Below, one piece after another: positions 16,476 through 29,965 of a stretch of 38,986 nucleotides of DNA (positions within the stretch are counted from its first letter, which is position 1; every line of letters starts with the position of its first letter). Position numbers and translations under genes: made by a program. The stretch lies in IMG/VR virus record IMGVR_UViG_3300043442_000393, positions 1 to 38,986 of that record, one strand, 5' to 3'. The DNA comes from a virus (lineage: Duplodnaviria; Caudoviricetes). The notes beneath the pieces were generated by a model. It had not been told where the DNA came from and searched no databases. It worked only from the letters and a program-made list of their open reading frames with translations.

Positions 16476-16546
16476 GTCTGTCTCTCCTTAGTGTGTCGTT
16501 TCTTCGTGAACAATAATAACACTGTAGACCTGCAAGTTCATAAAGA

Positions 16547-20852
<4,306 letters not shown>

Positions 20853-20880
20853 AGTTTGTCTCTACACTTCTCTACGTCGG

Positions 20881-21861
20881 CTAGCCGAGCCAGCCAGACT
20901 TATAGTATACACCAATTTTAGCCGTACTGTTTACCTGTCCTTCGTCATAGAACGAGATGACATTGTCACCTGGATCAAGTCGGATCCAGTCAGCAAGAAC
21001 GTCGATCATTGCGCGAGCTCCAGTCGTGTCGCCGTTCATCGCTACCTCGTGGTCGTATGTGTCGATCTCGAGGATGTCCGTGGACGCAAGTGATTCGATG
21101 ATCACGATAAGCTCGTCGGTAGTCTCGTTGTAAAGAACCGCAGGTCCGACAAGAGGTCCTGTGATCTCGAAGATGCATGTCACTCGCGCGGTTCCAAAGT
21201 TCGTCACGGTGAACTTTCCGTCGCGGCCCACAGAGTCGTTCTTGGCCAAGTTCTCGGCGTATGAATAGCCACCTGGGTCGTCTTCTGCCCATGAGTACTT
21301 GATCGGGTCAGGCGCACGAAGTCCGATCGAGAACTCTGTTTTTCCGCGCGCGTTGACGGTCTGAATCTCGGGGCGTCCGCTCAGACGAACAAGACTTGCT
21401 TTTACAGGATCTTCGTTCACCACAAGGTAGCTGCTCTGGTATACAAGCGATGTAGCAAGCACAAGCTTGTCACGAGACACGCTTACGTACGACGGATCAG
21501 GCGGATAGAACACACCTTTGAGAGTAATGTCGCGAGCACTCCAACGACCGCGAACGTCGTACGAACCGTCACCGAAACCACGACGGATGTCTTGGATGTC
21601 CGGCTCAGGGTGCGTCCACCAGCCCTCGATGTCTGTGATGACCCAGATCACGTTGTTTTCGTCGATGGTGTTGAACACAAGCTCGTTCTGGGTCTCGTCT
21701 TCAGTCAACGATGGCGTGAGACGAACGTCGCCGTTCAGCTTCATTCCGGTGATTACCGGAGGAGGAAGCGGCGATAGCGCTAGGCCTACCTGTTGATTTT
21801 CTTTAGCCTGTAAGGCTGGGTCTATGATTACGCCTTCTGGGTCGCTTGTACCGGCTGTCAT
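20881..21861 (-). CDS. Distal tail protein (siphovirus tail component)
   Basis: IEGWW, DGSY, ARDITLKG, LRAPDPIKY and WIRLDPGDNVI; directly after the tape measure gene. Confidence 0.85.
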   Translation of the reverse strand: MTAGTSDPEGVIIDPALQAKENQQVGLALSPLPPPVITGMKLNGDVRLTPSLTEDETQNELVFNTIDENNVIWVITDIEGWWTHPEPDIQDIRRGFGDGSYDVRGRWSARDITLKGVFYPPDPSYVSVSRDKLVLATSLVYQSSYLVVNEDPVKASLVRLSGRPEIQTVNARGKTEFSIGLRAPDPIKYSWAEDDPGGYSYAENLAKNDSVGRDGKFTVTNFGTARVTCIFEITGPLVGPAVLYNETTDELIVIIESLASTDILEIDTYDHEVAMNGDTTGARAMIDVLADWIRLDPGDNVISFYDEGQVNSTAKIGVYYKSGWLG

Positions 21862-24800
21862 GCCGCACCTCTACGCATCTGCCAAGCGATCTGTCTGCCG
21901 ATGATGTTGGCAAGTTCTACCTCGTTCATTCCGGCAGACGGATTGACCGTGATATTGATGTCTCCGCCTCGCTGCGCGGCGATCGCAGCGATGACCGCCC
22001 GGTCACCGGCCGACAGCCCGCTCGCGTCAAGCGGCTCTACTCTCTCGCTTCGTCCGCCCTCTCCAATGACCGCGAGCATTCCTCCAGGCGTCGACGGGAC
22101 GATTCCGCCCTGCGCGAGCAGCGGCAGTTTCGGCATGCTAAAGCCGTTTCCGCCAAACTTAGGCACCCACGATGGGACGGTGAACGAGAGCTTGCCGGCA
22201 GTGTTGTTCCACGCGCCGGCGATGAGATTGAACGCCGCCTTGAACGGCGCGAAGAAGATGTCTTTGATGCCACTGAACAAGACTTTCATGGACGACACAA
22301 GTCCGCTGAAGCCTTTCCACAGCATGTCTTTGGCCTTGCCCCAGTCGCCGGTGATGATCGCAAACAAGCCGATGATGATCTGCACGACGGACTTCACAAT
22401 TCCGATTATTGAGCCGATGATCTTGATCACGCCAGAGAACGCGTCTCCGACCAACCTGATGGCCGCGACTAGGACAATCTTCAGTATCGGGACGAGTGTC
22501 ACCGCTAAGAAGTCTCCGATTTCTTTGAAGATATCGCCTGTGCCAGAGAACAGCGGCATGACCTGCTCGAAGGCGCCCTTGACCTGCATGAACGCTTCGG
22601 CAAACGCCCCCTTCAGCGCGTTGATCAAGTCAGAAATGGCCTCTCTGAACTTCTCGCTGTTCTTGTACGCGAGAACAAATATCGCGATTACTGCAACTAC
22701 GGCTCCGACAAGGATCGCGAACGCGGGTCCGACGCCGATACCAAGAGCGTACGAGATCTTCAAGATTGCCGTCTCCAAGAACGCGACGTTCGAGGCGAAT
22801 CCAAACACTAGTCTTCCTGCGGTGAACAAGTTTTTTCCAAACTCAAAGATCTTGATGAAGTATCCGCCGAACGCCATGAACGCGAACCGCAAGATATTTC
22901 CACCGAGCTGAGCGGCCTTGACGAACGCGAGCTGCGCGGCTACAAATGCAACAATCTTAGCGACCATCGGATTGGAGAATATGTTTGTAAGAACGCCAAG
23001 TCCCCAGCTCAAAGCGTTGAAAAAGTTGGTGATTGACCCGCTCTCTGCGAACAGCTTGATGAATCCACTGAACTTCTCCAAGAAGTTACCAAAAGCCGGG
23101 CCACTGTCTGTCATCGCATCGAGCGCGTCGCCAAAGTTTCTGACAACCGGGATCAAGCTCTCAAAGAAACCAGCCGTGCCTTTGTTGTCGCCAAGGCGCA
23201 TGAACTGTATGACGACCTCTTTGATCACGCCGCCGATCGCGTGGAACGTCGGCATGATGTCGTGGAAGTACTGGGCCAAAGTTCCGTCGGCCAGCTTATT
23301 GTTCGACCATTCTTTGAAGTTTGCTGCGCCGTCGCGGAGAGTGTTCAAGAGGCCTTCGCCCGCGCTACCAGGACCAGCCGCGGCCTTGCCGATGTTCATG
23401 ATGGCGCCGAACACGTCGCCGAAGATGTCTCCAAGCGTGGCAGCTACGTCACCCGCATAGTCAAAGATTTCTGTCAGCTCTCCGGTCCTGTTCTTTGCCT
23501 CGAGAGTTGCAGCCCAGCCTCCGGTAAGAGTGTCAATCCAGTCAGTAAACCGTCTGATCAGCGGATCTGCAGCAGAGAGCAGCGACATAAGCGCGGAGTA
23601 CAAGTTGCCGATGATCCCACCAGACTTGCCGACCACGTAGTTGTTCGTGTCCATTACAGTGCCGAGATTTTTCAAGTTCGGCGCACTGGTGATGATCTTT
23701 GCCAGATCTTTAGCTGCTTCACCGGCGGCTCGTCCAGTCTCGCTCAGCTTCGTCTTGAGAAGCGGAAACAAGTTGGGGTCGTCGACCAAGATCTTGATCG
23801 CGTCTTTGATACGAGGCAAAAGTTCTTCAGCGACAGCGTTTCGAAGCTCGATAAACTTAGGCTTCAAGCTGGCGATGAACTTTGCAAAGTCGATCGCCGC
23901 GGGGCTTAGGTCCTTGAATGGGTCGTCTCCACCACCGCCGCCCGTGTCCTTTCGCTTTGCGCGTTCAAGAGCTTTCTCTGCGTCTGCCTGAGCTCTGTCG
24001 GCGTCTCTGACAGACCTAGCACGAGAATCTACCGCGTCTTGCAGCGCGCGCTCTGCGTTTGCTACTTGCTCAAGTCCGCTTGCGCCTTTCTCTGCGTACG
24101 CCGAGTTTTGCTTAGCCGCTTCTTTGGACAGGTCTTGCGTGCGGTCTTTCGCCTTGCGAAGATTGAGTTCGGCCTCAGCAAACGCGAGCTCAGCCTCGCG
24201 ACGCGCTCTGCTGTTCGGCGGCAGGTCTTGGACTCTCGCCAAAGTCTCTCGAGCTTTCTCGAGCTCGATGGCCGCTTTCTTCTCACTGATGACTGCGTCT
24301 TCTGCTTGGAAGTTGAGCTGCTGAAGCTGCTCAATGGCTTCTTCGCGCACCTTGTTGAGACGAAGCTGCGCGTCTTCTACGTCGCGGTCGGCGCGGACCC
24401 GCCGCTCTGCGTTCGACTCAATGACGCGAGCGAGACGCTCTTGAGCGTCGGTGATTCTGTCCGCTCGAGCCTGCGCGTCGCTGGCGCCTTTTGATCCCTT
24501 GAGAATAGAGCTGATGGCCTTGCCAACACCGCCGAATCCGAGCTTGATCGCGGCAAAGCCTTGCGCTAGAGCAGCTAGCACACCTCCGAATGCAACAAGC
24601 GCAGGAGTAGCCGCACCTAACTGAGCGCCGAGTGCAAACAGTCCTCCGACAAGCGCTCCGACACCAGACGCGGCAGCGGCAAGCGCAGGACCAATAAAGT
24701 AGCCAGCGGTGACCATCTGGCGGAAAGCGTCGTTAGCGGCAAGAGCCTCGCCTGAGATACTGCTCAGCGCGCCTGAAAGACCAGAAGCTCCAGAGGAAAA

Positions 24801-24935
24801 TCCGCGAGTGACTTGCCTGCCCATGTTTGCGCCGGCTGCCTGCGCGTTGACAGAAGCCAGCGCCGCAGTAACCTGCGCCTGGAACCCAGTAGTCACCGCA
24901 CGGATTACAATTTCCGCACTGCCTACAATTGGCAT
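21858..24935 (-). CDS. Tape measure protein
   Basis: 1025 aa, Ala/Gly-rich, coiled-coil and hydrophobic repeats, C-terminal LAQGGIV...IGEGGRSERVEPL; follows the tail chaperone genes. Confidence 0.92.
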   Translation of the reverse strand: MPIVGSAEIVIRAVTTGFQAQVTAALASVNAQAAGANMGRQVTRGFSSGASGLSGALSSISGEALAANDAFRQMVTAGYFIGPALAAAASGVGALVGGLFALGAQLGAATPALVAFGGVLAALAQGFAAIKLGFGGVGKAISSILKGSKGASDAQARADRITDAQERLARVIESNAERRVRADRDVEDAQLRLNKVREEAIEQLQQLNFQAEDAVISEKKAAIELEKARETLARVQDLPPNSRARREAELAFAEAELNLRKAKDRTQDLSKEAAKQNSAYAEKGASGLEQVANAERALQDAVDSRARSVRDADRAQADAEKALERAKRKDTGGGGGDDPFKDLSPAAIDFAKFIASLKPKFIELRNAVAEELLPRIKDAIKILVDDPNLFPLLKTKLSETGRAAGEAAKDLAKIITSAPNLKNLGTVMDTNNYVVGKSGGIIGNLYSALMSLLSAADPLIRRFTDWIDTLTGGWAATLEAKNRTGELTEIFDYAGDVAATLGDIFGDVFGAIMNIGKAAAGPGSAGEGLLNTLRDGAANFKEWSNNKLADGTLAQYFHDIMPTFHAIGGVIKEVVIQFMRLGDNKGTAGFFESLIPVVRNFGDALDAMTDSGPAFGNFLEKFSGFIKLFAESGSITNFFNALSWGLGVLTNIFSNPMVAKIVAFVAAQLAFVKAAQLGGNILRFAFMAFGGYFIKIFEFGKNLFTAGRLVFGFASNVAFLETAILKISYALGIGVGPAFAILVGAVVAVIAIFVLAYKNSEKFREAISDLINALKGAFAEAFMQVKGAFEQVMPLFSGTGDIFKEIGDFLAVTLVPILKIVLVAAIRLVGDAFSGVIKIIGSIIGIVKSVVQIIIGLFAIITGDWGKAKDMLWKGFSGLVSSMKVLFSGIKDIFFAPFKAAFNLIAGAWNNTAGKLSFTVPSWVPKFGGNGFSMPKLPLLAQGGIVPSTPGGMLAVIGEGGRSERVEPLDASGLSAGDRAVIAAIAAQRGGDINITVNPSAGMNEVELANIIGRQIAWQMRRGAA

Positions 24936-24974
24936 TTTTCACTCACCTCCTCTATTGTGTAATACTAGTCCTAG

Positions 24975-25355
24975 CTAGTTTAGAGGAGCGTCGAGAATGT
25001 CTCCAAACGGACGCGTTTCCTCAGGGTCGAACTTGGACGGCGGCACATACGCCTTTTGCTGGCGGGCAAGCGGATCAACCGGGACTGGAATGTCGTCGTC
25101 CAGCGGTCGTCCGATAGTTGTCCCTCCAGCGTTGGAGTATGCGCCACTCTTAGAAGACGAGGTGTACTTGTACTTGTAGTCTGCGTCGTACAGCAACTTG
25201 TACAAGTTCTCTCGAATCTTGCTCTGAGCCTCTGCCTGTTCTCCCGAGGTTATTCTGAGTGAGTCTTCTTCGAACATGTAATGAATGACATCGACCATGT
25301 GCTCTGCGCTCAGCTCTTCAAGCTTTACGCCGCTCATGATCGCTTTACCGTTCAC
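24975..25355 (-). CDS. Tail assembly chaperone, downstream (T-like) portion
   Basis: Sits between the chaperone and tape measure genes in the -1 frame relative to 25370-25720. The frame is open upstream past 25411 (YVAARSLCEWAVDLWPYVNG). Confidence 0.7.
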   Translation of the reverse strand: MNGKAIMSGVKLEELSAEHMVDVIHYMFEEDSLRITSGEQAEAQSKIRENLYKLLYDADYKYKYTSSSKSGAYSNAGGTTIGRPLDDDIPVPVDPLARQQKAYVPPSKFDPEETRPFGDILDAPLN

Positions 25356-25369
25356 ATACGGCCAGAGGT

Positions 25370-25720
25370 CTACTGCCCACTCGCAGAGACTTCTGGCCGC
25401 GACGTAGGGCGGCTTGTGTACTGCTCCACAATCCAGCCGACGATCTCGCCGAGAGTCTCGACCGAGACGACCTTGTCAGGATCGTTGGTGAGCTCGTCGA
25501 AGTCTTCTGAGCTGTCGGGCGTGAGTACGGTCTTGAAGAACTTCTCGACCATTCCTGCCTGGCGCGACGCGTCGTTGCTAGCGGCGTCTGCCACGAGCGC
25601 AAGAAGCGTCTTGCCCTGGATGTCTGGACGGCAGGTGAACTCCTCGCCGTGCAGCTTGAACGTCAGGGGCTCGGCTACCGCCGAAGTCGTCCCCGCGCCA
25701 AAATCTTTGAACCTTGCCAT
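25370..25720 (-). CDS. Tail assembly chaperone (G-like)
   Basis: Position before tape measure; LTFKLHGEEF and WIVEQYTSRPT motifs. Confidence 0.8.
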   Translation of the reverse strand: MARFKDFGAGTTSAVAEPLTFKLHGEEFTCRPDIQGKTLLALVADAASNDASRQAGMVEKFFKTVLTPDSSEDFDELTNDPDKVVSVETLGEIVGWIVEQYTSRPTSRPEVSASGQ

Positions 25721-25783
25721 GCGTTATTCCTCCGTATGTTGTGTGTCGTGGTATGTCTTTCGCGCGGCGTAACCCGCGAGATC

Positions 25784-26194
25784 TCATAATATCAAATACA
25801 AGTTGTCCGCCAAGTACTTGTTCGGCTTAGTTCCTGGGTGCATGACTCGTCGCGCGTACACAACGCGACCACGAGAGGTGAACCTGAGATGCTTTCCTGG
25901 CTTGGCCATGATGACGTGCGGCCGCGTGCCCTGGTGATGTATGTACGCGTGGTTCACCTTAGAACCGATGGTCATCTTCTGCCCGTACAACGCCCTGTCG
26001 TGAGTGAGGATCTTGATCGACGCTTTCAACTGGCCTGTCTTTACTCCAGCCTGAGCCTTCGCGGCGATAACTACTTTTCGTCCTTTCTTGGCAAGATACC
26101 TGCCAAGAGTTCCGCCTGGTTGCTTCAAGAGCAAGTCGAGTGGAAGAGGATACCAGTTGATTCTTCCGAGCTTGACCTCTATCTTTGAAGGCAC
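25784..26194 (-). CDS. HK97 gp10-like neck / tail-completion protein
   Basis: VKTGQLKASI, HAYIHHQGTRPH and HPGTKPNKYL. Confidence 0.8.
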   Translation of the reverse strand: MPSKIEVKLGRINWYPLPLDLLLKQPGGTLGRYLAKKGRKVVIAAKAQAGVKTGQLKASIKILTHDRALYGQKMTIGSKVNHAYIHHQGTRPHVIMAKPGKHLRFTSRGRVVYARRVMHPGTKPNKYLADNLYLIL

Positions 26195-26697
26195 TATGCT
26201 ACCGCCAGTGTCAGCTGCATCGTCACCGCTTGCAGTCCGCCTTCTGGCTCAGAGACGTCGACTGTCGCGATCACGCCGAGACCGAAGCCGTCGTTCCACA
26301 GGTCGTACTGCTCGATCGTTGACAGGAACACCCACGCGTCGATCGCGGCCATCTCGGCTCCTGCTTGGATCTTCTCTGCTGACGGAGCGCGACCGTTCTG
26401 GCCGACCGTCGGGATCTCTCGAGCGATTGTCACCGAGGCGACAATCGACCTTGGGACGTTGCAGCGGACAGGCTCGGACGCCTGGTCTCCAGGCCTGCCA
26501 AGATATCCCTGCACGAACGACACGACGAGCTGAGGGCAGTCAAGAACTGGTGTTCCGACAGTCCAGTACCTGCGAGAAGGAAGCTCTACGTTGTACGACT
26601 CAAACGTCGCGATCGCTGTGCGCAGGATCTCGTCGAGCGCGTTCTTGATGTTGTACACGCCTTCGTTCGGGGTGTACGTCACTTCGCTATTGTGCAT
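26194..26697 (-). CDS. Tail terminator / head-tail connector-like protein
   Basis: Position in the neck cluster; DCPQLVVS and PEGGL motifs. Confidence 0.6.
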   Translation of the reverse strand: MHNSEVTYTPNEGVYNIKNALDEILRTAIATFESYNVELPSRRYWTVGTPVLDCPQLVVSFVQGYLGRPGDQASEPVRCNVPRSIVASVTIAREIPTVGQNGRAPSAEKIQAGAEMAAIDAWVFLSTIEQYDLWNDGFGLGVIATVDVSEPEGGLQAVTMQLTLAVA

Positions 26698-26711
26698 GTG
26701 TCTCTCCTGGT

Positions 26712-27851
26712 CTACGCGCCGATAGTGAACGCCTGGATAGTGTTCGTGGCCATAGTGATCTTGACGTTGCCTGCTCCAACGTCAACCGTCTCGGTCTCAG
26801 TCGGATCTTCGACACTTGGGCGTGACGCGTAGAGCTGCCATGAGCCCGGCTCGACGAATCCAAGAATTGGAAACGCCTGCGCGTAAGACATCGAGATCTG
26901 AAGCGTCTCGCTCTCTTCGTCGATCTGCACCGCTGTCGACGGCAGCGTAAGTGACTTTCCGCCAGAGTAGTTGTAGAGGATGAGCTCTGGGATCCACCCG
27001 GTCTCGTCGATCAAGAACTCGGCGTTCAAGTATGAAAGAGGAGTTGTCATCGTGCCGATACCGTCACGGACGATCGTGAGGTCGATAGGCGAGACACCGT
27101 ACTTTGGCTCCTTCGGAGTGAGCCTGCGACCGCGAGCTACGTCCGGCGAGAACACACGAGCCTTGTTCTTTGCCTTGTCTGGATTGACGGCCTTGAGGAA
27201 CAAGTCGATCGCGTAGATGCCAGTGCGAAGTTCGTCAACGAAGTCCTGCGGATCGAGCACCGTGTACGACACGCCCTGGCGCGAGATGCTTGTAACTCGC
27301 TGCGGAAGGTTGCAGTCTTCGCCTGCCCACAGTCGAGCGAACTCGATAGCGAGCATGCGCGCCGCGGCCTTGCCCATTGTCGGCGGCTCAACGCCGTAAG
27401 AGTACGTGACCTCGATGTTGCAAGGAAGCCACGGTACTCCAGGGACCGGCTGAATGGTCGAATGGTCTACTAGGTAGTAGCGGTTTGGATCGATGACGTT
27501 TCCAGCGCGGTCGCGAATCGCGTGAATCTTACTGACAGGACGTCCGCGAAGACGCAAGCGCGACGCGACTGCTAGACCGTCTGAGGTCATGTCGTCGTAG
27601 AAGTCGAACCTCGACATCGGCAGATTGTGGACGTCGCCGTCGATCAATCGCGCCGTGTACGTGCCAGAAGCCGGACCGTACTGGTAAGTGCGCGAGGCAC
27701 AGACGTACCTCTCGGTTACAGTCGTGACTCCAGTGTACTTTCTGCCGCTAAGCACCCACAGCAAGTAAGATGCTGCTTTAGCCGCGTCGTACGAGAACTC
27801 GGTATCTGAGTAGTCACCGAGTTCCGATGTACTTACCCAGAGATTTGACAT
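26712..27851 (-). CDS. Head-to-tail adaptor with a C-terminal extension
   Basis: AASYLLWVLSGRKY, VTYSYG..PP..GK.AA..LA.E and CNLPQRVTSISRQGVSY. Confidence 0.8.
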   Translation of the reverse strand: MSNLWVSTSELGDYSDTEFSYDAAKAASYLLWVLSGRKYTGVTTVTERYVCASRTYQYGPASGTYTARLIDGDVHNLPMSRFDFYDDMTSDGLAVASRLRLRGRPVSKIHAIRDRAGNVIDPNRYYLVDHSTIQPVPGVPWLPCNIEVTYSYGVEPPTMGKAAARMLAIEFARLWAGEDCNLPQRVTSISRQGVSYTVLDPQDFVDELRTGIYAIDLFLKAVNPDKAKNKARVFSPDVARGRRLTPKEPKYGVSPIDLTIVRDGIGTMTTPLSYLNAEFLIDETGWIPELILYNYSGGKSLTLPSTAVQIDEESETLQISMSYAQAFPILGFVEPGSWQLYASRPSVEDPTETETVDVGAGNVKITMATNTIQAFTIGA

Positions 27852-27888
27852 CCTAGTTCCTCGCTACGTTCTGCGCCTCCTGTGTGAG

Positions 27889-27932
27889 TGAGCGCGGCGC
27901 GATAAGCGAAGTTGCTACGAGCGCCGCGCTCA
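27889..27932 (-). terminator. Stable hairpin after the major tail gene (terminator or mRNA stabiliser)
   Basis: Perfect 12-bp inverted repeat TGAGCGCGGCGC / GCGCCGCGCTCA around a 20-nt loop; no U-tract. Confidence 0.55.
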
Positions 27933-27941
27933 ACGACACGA

Positions 27942-28757
27942 TTAGGCTGTTGGGTCCTCGTTCGAGGCGATGATGAAGTCGACCGGATTGTCGGCGTTGA
28001 ACTCTTCGCTGCCTGGGACGTTGTACGCTGTCGTCGAACCCTGCGAGAGGAAGTCGGTGACCGGTGTGTACGCGCCTGTTGTCGAGTTCCATGTGTAGAA
28101 ACCCTTGAGGCCAGAAGGAGCCCAGCCAGCGCGAGCGTACGAGTACGGGCGCTCTGCGGCGACTGGGAACTCCCAGCGGCCGTCTGGGCCCGAGGCGAAC
28201 ACTGCGTTGCCGAGGCCGTAGCCTTCGAATGTTGTCGCGAGCATGCCGTTCTCGATCACGCGGTCGCCAGACTGGCGAAGCTTGCAGTACGGGAACGCCC
28301 AGTGGAAGTAAGGAAGCGTGTTCGCCTTCTTGCCTTCCTTGATCGCGTGCGACCATGTCTCGATCGCGACACCGAAGCCCGACGGGTTGTCGCCGACGGC
28401 TGGTGACGCCCAGCCGACGCTGCTGCGCTGAGGCGCGGCGAGCGTGCCGAGGTTCTTGCGGAGGAGCAGACCGCCCGACATCATCTGTGTCAGTTCTGGG
28501 TCTGGCTCGCAGATCGCGACTTCCATCGTGATGCGCTTCAGGGTGTCTGGTGACTTGTATGTCACACAGACTGTTCCGTCAGCGGCCTTCTCTGTGATCT
28601 CGTCGCCCTCTTCGTATTCCGGCGTGAACGAGATCCGCATGAAGGCGGACGTTGTGTAACTGTCACCTGGCTGATTGAGCAGGTTTCCAGCGGCATCGAG
28701 ACGCGTCACACGAATAGACACACCTTGAATACTCGCTGCGTAGTCTTGAGTTGCCAT
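27942..28757 (-). CDS. Major tail protein
   Basis: IRVTRLD..G, EYEEGDEITEKAADG.VC, CEPDPEL, AIETWS and YFHWAFP; position after the capsid genes. Confidence 0.85.
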   Translation of the reverse strand: MATQDYAASIQGVSIRVTRLDAAGNLLNQPGDSYTTSAFMRISFTPEYEEGDEITEKAADGTVCVTYKSPDTLKRITMEVAICEPDPELTQMMSGGLLLRKNLGTLAAPQRSSVGWASPAVGDNPSGFGVAIETWSHAIKEGKKANTLPYFHWAFPYCKLRQSGDRVIENGMLATTFEGYGLGNAVFASGPDGRWEFPVAAERPYSYARAGWAPSGLKGFYTWNSTTGAYTPVTDFLSQGSTTAYNVPGSEEFNADNPVDFIIASNEDPTA

Positions 28758-28803
28758 TTTGAACTAGCTCCTTATGATTCTTTTCTTGAGGTCTTACCTA
28801 ATA

Positions 28804-29895
28804 CTACAACGTCAAGCTTGCCTTGACAGCTGCATGGACAGACGGGTCAAAGTGAATCGCCAGCGGGCGAGTCGCCTTGATCCGCATATCGTTCTTGTTT
28901 GTGGTCACGCCATAGCCCTGCGCGAGGTTGTCGTTGACTACCTCTGCCTTGCCGACGTGGACGTCCACGAACCCTGTCGCGTAGATCCACTTGACAGTGT
29001 CCGTACCCTGCATCTGCGCTGTTCCAGTGGCGGCAGCCGACGTGACATCGGCGTTCGTCTTGGCGTAGCTGAACTGCGTAGCAGATCCAGTTGCAGAGAC
29101 AGTGTATGTTCCGTCGAACGGAGCGCCTACGCCGGCTACCGTAACGGTCTCGCCGGTGCTCAGATAATGAGCGCTCGATGTCGTGATTGTTGCGGTATTG
29201 CCAGAGAGTGCTTTGGTTGTGATTGCAAGAACTGGACCGTTGCCAGTGTACCCAGACCCGATTGCAGTAGTTGTCCCGTTGACTGTCTCCAGGTGAAACT
29301 TACCTTTGTCGTCTTCGACACGCATGAACATGCGGTCGCCGCCGACGATCATCGGAGTGTCGCGGGTTAGGTGAATAGTGCCTTGCTCACCGACAGGAGA
29401 TCCAGCGAGAGCTAACTCGAGACGAGAAATCGCTTCGCGGATGTCGATCGCTGTCGACGGAGTCGCGCTTGGAAATGTAAGAGTTGAATACTTTGCGAGG
29501 TACTGGTTGCCGTTGGCATCGGCGCGTGCGACATGACCGTCGCAGAACTCGCGCTCCAGAACCTTCTGTGTAGCGGCCTCGATCTGACGAAGAACTCGCG
29601 CGAAGCGGTCCTCGCCTGTGAGGCTGAATGTCGAGCGGAAATCCTCGACTTCGAAGAAGAACGGCTTTACCTCGAGGTACCGAGCAAGCCCGGTTCCGTC
29701 GAAGAGAGTGTGAGCGGCGCTGCCACCGTCTTCAAGAAGTCTGAGAGTTGGTCGTGTGTCATACTCGAAAGAGAAGCCACGGATCCAAGTCTCATCAGCA
29801 GCACGCGCTGTGTGAGTCATCACACGGGCGGCACTGAGAAGTCCAAACTCGGTAGGGATCAATTCGGCTGGAGGGAATATACCTCTAAATGCCAT
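28804..29895 (-). CDS. Second capsid protein (capsid pentamer-like) with an inserted beta module
   Basis: FGLLSAA, G-IH, IGSGY.G.GP, WIYATG.V and N....A.R motifs; follows the large capsid gene as in Rosebush-type actinophages. Confidence 0.65.
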   Translation of the reverse strand: MAFRGIFPPAELIPTEFGLLSAARVMTHTARAADETWIRGFSFEYDTRPTLRLLEDGGSAAHTLFDGTGLARYLEVKPFFFEVEDFRSTFSLTGEDRFARVLRQIEAATQKVLEREFCDGHVARADANGNQYLAKYSTLTFPSATPSTAIDIREAISRLELALAGSPVGEQGTIHLTRDTPMIVGGDRMFMRVEDDKGKFHLETVNGTTTAIGSGYTGNGPVLAITTKALSGNTATITTSSAHYLSTGETVTVAGVGAPFDGTYTVSATGSATQFSYAKTNADVTSAAATGTAQMQGTDTVKWIYATGFVDVHVGKAEVVNDNLAQGYGVTTNKNDMRIKATRPLAIHFDPSVHAAVKASLTL

Positions 29896-29965
29896 ATTTA
29901 TTCCTTACCTCATCTGCTTTCAGTGCCGCCCGGTGATTACTTATGACTAGTACTTACCTGTTGGT

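Noticed and set aside
27852-27941. tRNA or other ncRNA in this intergenic gap
   Set aside because: Only a single hairpin is present, with no cloverleaf or T-loop consensus.
29952-29961. CAGGTAAGT as a eukaryotic splice donor
   Set aside because: The gene layout is prokaryotic (SD sites, overlapping start/stop codons, uninterrupted ORFs), so the resemblance is coincidental.
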